Assembly: GCA_030065755.1 (NCBI GenBank)
Contig: JASJDA010000002.1
Location: forward strand, 27,122-91,121
Source: Prochloraceae cyanobacterium
GTDB taxonomy: Bacteria; Cyanobacteriota; Cyanobacteriia; Cyanobacteriales; JASJDA01
Direction: 5' to 3'
Length of the DNA: 64,000 bases
In this document: positions 56,165-64,000 of the stretch, piece after piece
Position numbering within the stretch: the stretch's first letter is position 1
Layout: each line of letters opens with the position of its first letter
Position numbers and translations under genes: made by a program
The notes under the pieces: model-generated
Databases searched by the model: none
Seen by the model: the letters and a program-made list of their open reading frames with translations, nothing else
Told to the model about the DNA's origin: nothing

Positions 56165-56983
56165 CTATTTCCAAGCTTTGACATACAAATTATTAGCATC
56201 TTGCCACACTCCTCGCTTTTCAATCAATTGTTCGACAGTTTTCTTATATTCAACTTGTAATAGTTGTTTTTGTGCTTCAGATAAATTCAATAATGGATTC
56301 CCCCTGGGATAAAAATCCCGTTCAATCCGCGTAGCTCCATCTTGACAATTCTTAGCAATGTTGTATCTATATTGATAGCTATCAATAGTAATATCTTTAA
56401 AACCAGAATTCTGTAAAATAGTATGGCATTTTTCAGGAGTCCAGAGAGGTCTGAGGATATGGGGTAAATCAATACCAAATAAATCCTGACATACTTTAAC
56501 TTTAATTGCTGCCAAGTAAGAAGTTCGATCGGGGGTAGTAAAAGCAAAACCTCCCCCAAGTTTTAGCCAGTCATAGCATTTATTAATAATTACGGGAATA
56601 TCAGTGATATAAACAAGTGCCGAACAACAAAAAATAAGATCGAATTGCTCACTTTTAAAATTAATTGACTCTACATCTGCTTCAATCAATTCCAGATTAT
56701 CTATTTTTTCGGTTACGATCTTATTTTTGGCTTGAGCCAACATTCCTGGAGACATATCTACCCCAATTACAGAACCTTGAGGAGCAACTGCTTTCGCTGC
56801 GGGAATTGCAACTAAACCCGTACCTGTAGCCAAATCGAGAATCGTTTGCCCCGATCGGACAACAACATACTCTAATAAGCGTTTGGCTTCTCTCATATGA
56901 CTGTCTCCTTCTCGATCGTAAGCAGTTCTACCATTAAAAAAATCGATTACTTTTTGTTTATACTCTTCTGGCATTTTTTTCAC
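56165..56983 (-). CDS. class I SAM-dependent methyltransferase
   Basis: ILDLATGTGLVAIPAAK (motif I), IGVDMSPGML, DLIFCCSAL. 272 aa. Confidence 0.8.
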   Translation of the reverse strand: MKKMPEEYKQKVIDFFNGRTAYDREGDSHMREAKRLLEYVVVRSGQTILDLATGTGLVAIPAAKAVAPQGSVIGVDMSPGMLAQAKNKIVTEKIDNLELIEADVESINFKSEQFDLIFCCSALVYITDIPVIINKCYDWLKLGGGFAFTTPDRTSYLAAIKVKVCQDLFGIDLPHILRPLWTPEKCHTILQNSGFKDITIDSYQYRYNIAKNCQDGATRIERDFYPRGNPLLNLSEAQKQLLQVEYKKTVEQLIEKRGVWQDANNLYVKAWK

Positions 56984-57099
56984 CTAATTATATTATTTAG
57001 TTGAATAATTACTACTACTCATAAAGTCAAGACAGCCAAGATAAATAGAGACATAGAACCTATTTACAATAAAATAAAGAGCGATTGGTTAATTAGAAC

Positions 57100-58440
57100 A
57101 TGCCGAAAGTAGAAGAAATAGCAAAGCTAGCAGAAAGCAGCGCGCGTCAACTTGGTATAAGCAAATATGACATTTACGGTTCCTCTGTAGATGAAAATAG
57201 CGTACAAGTAGACCTAGGCGAACCAAAACAGGTTAAAGCATCGAATCGATCGAGTGTCATCGTGCGAGTATGGAACGAAGATAACACTATGGGGGTAACT
57301 TCCACCACCGATGTAGACTCCCAAGGAATAGAATTAGCACTGAAGACAGCACTAGAAGCAAGTTCGTTTGGGGTAAAAGAACACGTACCCGATTTTAGCC
57401 CTGAAGCGAAAGCGAAGACTGCTGATGTATCGGCAGATAAAGCCAGTGCAGCACCAGTATCTACTTTAATAGAAAAGACGATCGGGGCAGAAAAACAGCT
57501 GCTCGAAGCGCACCCAGCGATCGCCTCCGTACCTTATAACGGGATGGCGCAAAGAGATGTCGAGCGCTTCTATATCAACAGCGAGGGTGCAATAAGACAA
57601 GAAGGGCGATCCTATGCTTCAATTTTTTTATACACTAAAACCTCAGAGGAAGGACAAAAACCTCGCAGCGCAGGTGCATATAAAGTCAGTCGCTCTCTAG
57701 AAAATTTAGATGTAAAAGGCTGTATTAATGAAGCAGCAGAGAAAACCATCAGCCACTTAAACTACAAACCGATCGCATCTGGCAAATATACAGTTGTTTT
57801 CTCACCAGAAGCTTTCCTGAGTTTATTAGGAGCATTTTCTAATCTGTTTAACGCTCAGAATATTCTCGACAAACAAAGTTTGTCTACCCCAGAATCATTA
57901 GGGGAACAAATAGCTTCTCCTTTATTATCTGTTGTCGATGACGCTTTGCATCCAGATAACGTCTCAGCAGAAACATTTGATGGAGAGGGGACTCCTACCC
58001 GCAGCATCGAATTAATTAAAAACGGAGTACTTGCTAACTTTTTGCACAGTAGCGTTACAGCTAAACGAATGAATGCTCAGCCTACGGGTAATGCTAATAT
58101 TGGCGCTAAAGTAACAGTAAGTCCCAATTTTTATCATGTTTTTCGTGGGGAATCTGCATCTCAAGAATATAGTTTAGAGACTGCGGAAAAAGTAATTTTA
58201 ATTGACGACGTTCAAGCGTTACACGCGGGTGTAAATTCTTTACAAGGTTCTTTTTCTTTACCCTTTGACGGTTGGCTCGTAGAAAAAGACAAACGCACTA
58301 GCATTGACTCAGCTACTGTAGCAGGAGATTTTATGGAGGTGTTGAAGTCAATTATTTTTGTAGAAAAAGAAGCGGAAGTAACTCCAGGGGGAATTTGTCC
58401 GAGAATTTGGGTTGAAGGACTCTCAATTACTGGAGAATAA
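57100..58440 (+). CDS. pmbA: PmbA/TldE-family protein
   Basis: 446 aa, TldD/PmbA fold without the HExxxH motif. C-terminal LHAGVNSLQGSFSLPFDGW pattern. Confidence 0.75.
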   Translation: MPKVEEIAKLAESSARQLGISKYDIYGSSVDENSVQVDLGEPKQVKASNRSSVIVRVWNEDNTMGVTSTTDVDSQGIELALKTALEASSFGVKEHVPDFSPEAKAKTADVSADKASAAPVSTLIEKTIGAEKQLLEAHPAIASVPYNGMAQRDVERFYINSEGAIRQEGRSYASIFLYTKTSEEGQKPRSAGAYKVSRSLENLDVKGCINEAAEKTISHLNYKPIASGKYTVVFSPEAFLSLLGAFSNLFNAQNILDKQSLSTPESLGEQIASPLLSVVDDALHPDNVSAETFDGEGTPTRSIELIKNGVLANFLHSSVTAKRMNAQPTGNANIGAKVTVSPNFYHVFRGESASQEYSLETAEKVILIDDVQALHAGVNSLQGSFSLPFDGWLVEKDKRTSIDSATVAGDFMEVLKSIIFVEKEAEVTPGGICPRIWVEGLSITGE

Positions 58441-58503
58441 TTTTGAATCTTTGAAGCGTCGGAAAATCCCTTCGTCGTCTAGACGAAGGGATTAGTTCGT
58501 TAT

Positions 58504-58878
58504 CTAAATATAAACGCGATTGCCTCTTTGGTCTATATAAAAATGACGACCGCCAACATCTAGAAAAACTGGGCGACTTCTTCGATTTAGATAAGTACGA
58601 CTACCTCTTTGTTTTCGATAAATACGACTGCGGTTTTGATTTAGATAAATACGACGACCTATTCGATTCAAATAAAAACGACGACCCCATCGATCTATAG
58701 AAATTCGACGACCTTGAGGGATAACTTTATCAGAATCTTCTTTAAGCGAACTACTTAAAATACTATTTGTTTGAGTATTTTGAGCTAATACTGGAGCTGA
58801 AAATACCGTTAGAAAACAAATAATTAACCATCCTATTGAATGAGAAACACCAATCAATCTAAGAAGGTTGACATTCAT
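58504..58878 (-). CDS. small secreted Arg/Tyr-rich protein with ~9-aa tandem repeats
   Basis: Signal peptide (LIICFLTVFSAPVLAQ). Then WGRRFYLNR/IGRRIYLNQ/NRSRIYRKQ/RGSRTYLNR/RSRPVFLDV/GGRHFYIDQ/RGNRVYI. Confidence 0.5.
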   Translation of the reverse strand: MNVNLLRLIGVSHSIGWLIICFLTVFSAPVLAQNTQTNSILSSSLKEDSDKVIPQGRRISIDRWGRRFYLNRIGRRIYLNQNRSRIYRKQRGSRTYLNRRSRPVFLDVGGRHFYIDQRGNRVYI

Positions 58879-59192
58879 CTTTATTGCTTATAGCACTTTT
58901 TCCTAGAAGATTACCTATCAATAGAAATGTTTCATACAGTAGGTCATTTTGTCAAGCTTTTTTATTGTTCTGGTCTTCCACCCTATTACAAAGGCGCTGG
59001 GCGCGTTTCTTCAATTCCTAGCTAAGTTAAGTTTAGAGCGGTCGCGATCGCATTGTTTGTATTACGAACACAATACATTGATTTCAGACATATGAGTATG
59101 TCTTGCCATTAGCTATTTTGCTGTTAGATTGTTCGATTTTTTGGACTTAATTATCAATATAGGGTCAATTAAATATTATCAAATTCAGGAGA

Positions 59193-60089
59193 ATGCAGAT
59201 GTCTGATGAGAAGATTTCTATCGCCGTGGCTGGTCATACGAATTCTGGTAAGACTACTTTAATTAGAAGTTTGATGAAGAGTAATGTCGGAACAATAGGA
59301 GACAGAGCGAATGTAACAAAGTTCTCAGAAGAAAACTGTCATGATGGTCTGCAGGCTACTTTCATCGACTGCCCTGGATTTACAAAAGCGAGTGATTTAT
59401 TGAAGTATATCAAGCTTAAAAAAGAGAAACCTGACCTCTTATCCCAAATTGCATCTGTCTTTAATCCCGATAAATTTGTATATGACGAACGCGCAATTAA
59501 TGCTATCAAAAATAGTGATGTGGTATTTTATCTTGCTAATCTTGAGACTATACCAGAAGACGATCATGATGAAGAAATTGAGCTTATTAGATCCGTTCAT
59601 AATAAGATAATCGGGATTGGAAATAAGAGTCGAAAAAGAGGAAAAAAGGAAGTCGATGAGAAACTTTCGGGGCGGATACACCAGTGGGAAAGCTTTTTTA
59701 GAAAAAATGAAATTCTGAATTTTATTATGTTTGATACCTTCTGGGACAATCCCTCTAAGATTATCTCCATCTACGGTTTTGTTAAGGAATTACTGAGTGA
59801 CAATGAGAGGAAAGCCTATGTGTTTGACCAAGGTCTAAAACGGTATTATGAGAGACAAATTGCTATCTTTAAGGAGTCATCTGATTTATTGGCTGAGTGT
59901 GTTATAAAATGTCGGGAAATTAAAAAATCTGCGGATGAGAGTAAGAAAAGCAGAACCTCCCTGCAGGAGGAGGCTAAAAAAGAATTAGAATCTACTTTCA
60001 AAAATTTTGTTAAAGACATTGAAAAGGGAGCATCCCATTTTGGCAACTATAAAGAAAAAGCAAAAAGTAGTTGCGGGGATACCGCGTAG
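59193..60089 (+). CDS. P-loop GTPase-like protein, 3' end replaced by IS terminal repeat
   Basis: AVAGHTNSGKTTLIRSL (G1), FIDCPGF (G3). From ~60026 the reading frame runs into the IS inverted repeat (..GASHFGNYKEKAKSSCGDTA stop). Confidence 0.65.
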   Translation: MQMSDEKISIAVAGHTNSGKTTLIRSLMKSNVGTIGDRANVTKFSEENCHDGLQATFIDCPGFTKASDLLKYIKLKKEKPDLLSQIASVFNPDKFVYDERAINAIKNSDVVFYLANLETIPEDDHDEEIELIRSVHNKIIGIGNKSRKRGKKEVDEKLSGRIHQWESFFRKNEILNFIMFDTFWDNPSKIISIYGFVKELLSDNERKAYVFDQGLKRYYERQIAIFKESSDLLAECVIKCREIKKSADESKKSRTSLQEEAKKELESTFKNFVKDIEKGASHFGNYKEKAKSSCGDTA

Positions 60090-60228
60090 TGGTATCCCCG
60101 CCCCCTCTCCTACTAAACCGTTTAGTTTGAAAACCAAGGGACTCACCGACAGCAGCAACTGTTTTTGAAGGCACGTGGCGAGCGAGAGGATTGAGCAAGT
60201 ACTATAAAAAGGTACAACTAAAAAGAAT

Positions 60229-61409
60229 TTGATTGTGACCCCATCAGAAAAACTTGAACTTGAAGCTTGCCTAAAAAGAGTTGGAGAAATTCTTTATAAT
60301 AATAGTGATACAGACCGTATAGAAAATCTAGAAGATATCGAAACTACTGTCAGAGAAAAACTTTTAGAACACGTTAGTCCCCAAATAACCTTTTTTTTAT
60401 CGAAAAAAAGACAGGAACTAGAAGAGGAAAAAAAAGAACAATAAAAAGCTGTTTAGGAAAACTTAGAATTACTAAAAAACAAGCAGATAAATTGGGACTA
60501 GACCCTTATACTCGTTATAGTCCTCTATTAGAAAAATGCTCTTTTCTTTTAAGTGCTAATGAATCGTATCACAATGTAGAAAAAGACTTTTCAGTCTTAA
60601 CAGGAATAAAAATCAGTCATTCAACTTGCCAAAGAAAAGTTGTCAAAAAAAAGTGGGAATTACCTGATGTCAAACAAAAAGTTTCTGAGGTAACGAATAA
60701 TTCATTTTTATTAAGGAACCCTTTTACGATAACTCTTCTGCTTCGTTGATAACTTAACTACTATAGAAGGGTTCCTTAATAAAAATAATTTTCTTCCGTA
60801 AGTGTTGATGGTGGAAATATCAGGTTAAGAAGCAAGAAAAAAGGGGAGAAAAGTTTTTGGAAACAATATAAAACAGCTCGTTTACAAGGCATTTATTATG
60901 GGGCTTTTTATCAAGATAATTTATCTTTAACTGATTGGATTAATAGTCAAAAATTAACAAAACCCTTATATTGCTTGGGAGATGGACATGATGGTATATG
61001 GAATATTATAGCAGAAATCGGAGATAAAAAACATCGGATTGAAATTCTTGACTGGTATCATTTAATGGAAAACTTACATAAAATTGAGACAAAAAATTAT
61101 CATATTCTTCAATTAAAAGCATATCTTTGGTTTGGTCAAGTTGAAGAAACTATTAATTATTTGAATAAGCTAAAACCAATAGGTGGCAGTAACTTTTGTA
61201 TCTATCTCAGAAAACATCAAACAAAAATTATTAATTATCACTATTTTCAATGGCAAAAAATTTCTTCAATAGGTAGCGGTGCTGTTGAAACAGCAGTAAA
61301 ACAAATAAGCCATAGAGTTAAATTGCCTGGTGCGCAGTGGAAAGAAGAAAATGTCCCCCAGATTTTACAACTTCGTTCTAGCTATTTAAACGGTAAATTT
61401 GCTATTTAA
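60229..61409 (+). pseudogene. ISKra4-like transposase, interrupted (frame change at A7 run ~60403-60409 and 90-bp MITE insertion)
   Basis: Three ORF-track fragments (60229..60444, 60492..60749, 60975..61409). Manual joining gives a continuous ..FFLSKK|KTGTRRGKKRTIKSCLGKLRITKKQADKLGLDPYTRY.. and ..KVSEVTNN[MITE]FSSVSVDGGNIRLRSKKKGEKSFWKQYKTARLQG..GDGHDGIWNII..ILDWYHLMENLHK. Confidence 0.7.
60701..60790. mobile_element. ~85-bp MITE (TIR tttttattaaggaaccc) inserted in the transposase gene
   Basis: Inverted ends tttttattaaggaaccctt / aagggttccttaataaaaa. Flanked by ataatt on both sides. Insertion plus duplication is 90 bp, so the downstream frame is preserved. Confidence 0.7.
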
Positions 61410-61794
61410 AACCTTGAAATTTGACTACTAAATAATTTAATTTAGTTCTTTAATTATAATAGTTTTCATTTCTCGGTCGCGAAGCGCTGCGAGCCTCGCA
61501 GTTCGGAGTTTTAATTTATCGCTCGCGGTTTCCATTTATCGCTCGCCGCCGTCAAAAACAGTTATTGCTGTGCCTCCGCAGTGCGTGTCGGCACAGCCCC
61601 CCTGAGTTAAAACTAAACGGTTTAGTCGTAGAGGGGCGGGGATACCGCTACGCGGCATCCCCGCAACTACTTTTTCTTTATAGTTTCCAAAATGGGATGT
61701 TCCCGATTTAAAGCCATTTTTAAGTCGTTATCACCTTGAGCGGCCTGTCTATATCCCAAAAATTTAACTAGATCGGTGTTACGATTTGGCTCTG

Positions 61795-62245
61795 GCGAGA
61801 GATGTTTTTATTTTTATTAAGGAACCCCTTTTACGATAACTTACTTGCGAGAGATGTAGTTATTTTTAATAAGGAAGTCCTTTTACGATAACTTACTTGC
61901 GAGAGATGTAGTTATTTTTAATAAGGAAGTCCTTTTACGATAACTTTCTTGCTTCGTTTATAACTTGACTACTATGAGGACTTCCTTATTAAAAATGAAC
62001 TCATTGCAGTGCGATCGTTTATAACTTAATTGCTGATGAGGACGAGAGGTGTTTTTATTTTTATTAGGGAAGTCCTTTACGATAACTTAAATACTTCGTT
62101 TATAGGTTAACTGCAATATGAGGACTTCCCTAATAAAAATGAACTTTTTGTCGGACGTTCCTTATTAAAAATGAACTTTTTGTCGGACGTTCCCTAATAA
62201 AAATGAACTTTTTGTCGGACCTTCCGCGCTTAAAAATAATATTTT
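61795..62245. repeat. cluster of nested and partial copies of the same MITE family
   Basis: Three consecutive left halves (gcgagagatgt..tttttaataaggaagtccttttacgataactt), two complete copies, then three consecutive right halves (ttcc[ct]ta[at]taaaaatgaactttttgtcggac). Confidence 0.7.
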
Positions 62246-62377
62246 CGTGATTCGGTTGGCACCCGAAGATAACCGCACTCAAACAGTTACAGTAATAGCA
62301 CCAGTATTGGAAAAAATAGCCCCATGGCTGGGTGTAGCTGTAACTCATTTCTTGCCATAACAATAGATTATAAGCGA

Positions 62378-62704
62378 GCGCTTATCTCAGAAGGCAAGGG
62401 ATGCAATCGAAGTACGAAGTATTTGGACTAAACAGTATAGTTTTAAAAAAGGCGATCGCTCGGAATAACATAGTGAAACTTTTTCACGCGTGTTCGACAA
62501 CGTGAATGCGCACCGCTACGCGGTTCCCAAAGGGATCGAGCGATAAAGCTGAAAGTAGCGAAGCAAGACAGTATGGTTGGGATTGTGACTGGCGATCTGG
62601 CAAGCCAGATCCGCTCTTCGGCGCGCTTATTGGGGTAGGCAAGGGATGCAATGGAAGTACGGAATATTCATACTGAACAGTATAGTTTAAAAAGGGGCGA
62701 GCGG
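62378..62704. repeat. pair of ~85-bp direct repeats flanking a ~160-bp spacer
   Basis: 62378-62462 and 62623-62704 share gcgcttat..aggcaagggatgcaat[cg]gaagtacg[ag]a[ag]tatt..act[ag]aacagtatagttt(t)aaaaa. Confidence 0.65.
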
Positions 62705-63135
62705 AAAAAATCAGTATGACTACTGTTGTTGAACATTAGCTATAAAGATCTTCTTGATTTATACGGAAATTCTAATAAGTCGATTTTATTCACACCAGTT
62801 TTATACCTTGAACTTAGTATCTGTTCTCCTTAAACCAGTCAGGCGGCTGGTTATTTTTGTTGCGAAGAACTTCACAATAAGCCAGACCGCCCATTTCCTC
62901 GGCTTCTAATGTAGCTATTACCAACATTGCGAGTCTACTGACCTTAAGCAATATTTAGGTTGAAAAACTGAGGTATTGAGACTATCGTTGATGATGAAAA
63001 TAATAGCTATTGACCAAGCAGTTAAGGCAAATGTTTGATATAAGAGAGTGATGTAATTTGACTGAAAATTCCTCAAGGATTGGCCAAATTTTAGCTGGGT
63101 TTTAGAAGCATTAGTAGACATCTGATTATTTTTTT

Positions 63136-63252
63136 GACGAGAGATGTTTTTATTTTTATACAGGGAACCCTTTTTCTTGTAGTTATGTCCCTTCGCTATT
63201 AAGTTATCGGTATAGAAGGGTTCCCTGTATAAAAATGAACTTTTTGTTTGAC
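63136..63252. mobile_element. MITE family member with different core
   Basis: gacgagagatgtttttatttttatacagggaaccc ... gggttccctgtataaaaatgaactttttgtttgac. Same termini as the 61795-62245 copies. Confidence 0.65.
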
Positions 63253-63598
63253 TTGGCAGTAGATCTTCGAGCGGCTTGATTCTTTCTTATAATTAAACTT
63301 CTCTGAGATTTTGTCAGTAAGAAAAAGTATGAAAAAGTAGGGAGAAATCTAATCAAATACTTAAAATTGATTGATAAGCGCTGGCTAAGTTTTTTTTGCC
63401 TGTAGGAATGCTATCTCAGTAAAAAAAACTGTACTGTTTAGTTTAAAGCTGAAGAACGTGCGTGAAACTTTTTCTGTCAGTTAAACCTCGAGATTCTCTA
63501 GAAAAAAGACTTATTATCAAGCCAATTAACTTAATAATAAGTTTTGTATACTAAACTATAGTTTTTAACTGAGATTCAAGGATATAGGATAACGTAAC

Positions 63599-64000
63599 TT
63601 GAAACCTTTAACCGCAGCCCAAAAAGAACTCTACGATTATTTAGTAGCGCACATCGACAAGTTTCAATATTCTCCGACAATCAGGGAAATGATGCGGGCA
63701 ATGCATCTTAGCTCCCCAGCTCCCATTCAAGCGCGCTTAGGACGTCTGCGAAGCAAAGGTTATATTGATTGGGAAGAGGGTCAAGCGCGAACATTTAAGA
63801 TTATTCCAATGACTCAAAAAGGATTACCAGTCTGCGGAGCGCACCGCTACGCGGATCTCTTTCGAGATCGCTGCAGGGGGTTTGGTAGAACCTTTCACTT
63901 CAGTAAACTCTTTCTTAGATTTACCTAGCTTATTGAATAAGCCAGATTTTTTCGTCCTAAGAGTGAATGATGAAAGTATGAAAGGAGATTTTATTGCAGT
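63599..64000 (+). pseudogene. lexA: LexA repressor gene with +1 frame disruption (3' end beyond window)
   Basis: The N-terminal winged helix MKPLTAAQKELYDYLVAHIDKFQYSPTIREMMRAMHLSSPAPIQARLGRLRSKGYIDWEEGQARTFKI matches cyanobacterial LexA. After GLPV the ORF-track frame turns to nonsense, while the +1 frame from ~63864 reads EIAAGGLVEPFTSVNSFLDLPSLLNKPDFFVLRVNDESMKGDFIA (LexA cleavage-site and S24 peptidase region). Confidence 0.8.

Larger units (their letters stand above)
60026..61704 (+). mobile_element. ISKra4-like insertion sequence with ~90-bp imperfect terminal inverted repeats
   Basis: Left end gggagcatcccattttggcaactataaagaaaaag..gtagttgcggggataccgcgtagtggtatccccgcccctct..ctaaaccgtttagttt, mirrored at 61610-61704. 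Encloses transposase fragments. Family call is from memory of the DG..GIW / LDWYH motifs. Confidence 0.7.

Noticed and set aside
61795-62245. Possible CRISPR array (regularly recurring ~30-50-nt units)
   Set aside because: The repeating units are halves of a MITE with inverted termini. They abut each other without unique spacers of constant length, and no cas genes are nearby.
62130-63121. ORFs 62130..62363 (-) and 62918..63121 (-)
   Set aside because: The first is largely encoded by MITE right halves. The second has no motif support and lies in the repeat graveyard. A separate ~37-codon ORF ending ~62806 (..LEAEEMGGLAYCEVLRNKNNQPPDWFKENRY) looks like a gene remnant, but I could not identify it.
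63300-63598. Canonical cyanobacterial LexA box (RGTAC-N3-DGTWCB) upstream of lexA
   Set aside because: I scanned by eye and found only tGTACtgtttaGTTt, which fails the second half-site, so no convincing box can be asserted.

Overview
This window is a cyanobacterial chromosomal segment. Evidence: psbA/D1, ftrV, ldpA, a GUN4-like gene, very frequent GCGATCGC (HIP1) sites and STRR-like heptamer repeats; it is moderately AT-rich. I count about 45 credible protein genes. Core genes are purS-purQ, nfeD-stomatin, ftrV, dxr, ppsA, psbA, an MscS-like channel, ldpA/ycf45-like/guaB3-like, an ECF sigma/anti-sigma/Spy-like operon divergent from an HtrA protease, tldD and pmbA. Accessory or unusual content: (i) The 5' end holds a SIR2-like/WD40 STAND-like protein (absent from the ORF track because it runs off the window), a cyclodipeptide synthase fused to a YbaK-type aminoacyl-tRNA editing domain, and a patatin-like phospholipase. 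This is my top candidate for an undescribed system. (ii) A vanadium-haloperoxidase-like gene carries a 13-Asp insert. (iii) A 1774-aa Ser/Thr kinase-AAA-TPR-GAF-PP2C protein sits beside RsbW-like and RsbV-like partners. (iv) A response-regulator/TrxR-like fusion lies next to two cNMP-binding histidine kinase paralogs that bracket a VapBC pair and a GNAT. (v) A ~10.8-kb block between tldD and pmbA contains copper-resistance genes, a TnpB element, an orphan TnpB right end, a decaying xanthine-dehydrogenase-family operon (frameshifted large subunit, truncated mocA-like gene) and a tRNA-like fragment. (vi) A repeat graveyard at 60-63.3 kb has an ISKra4-like IS cutting a GTPase gene, a MITE inside the transposase and nested MITEs. 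It is followed by a lexA gene broken by a ~25-nt insertion. I saw no rRNA, complete tRNA or CRISPR array. All domain calls come from motif recognition by eye. Coordinates of features not taken from the ORF track are approximate (+/- a few nt).
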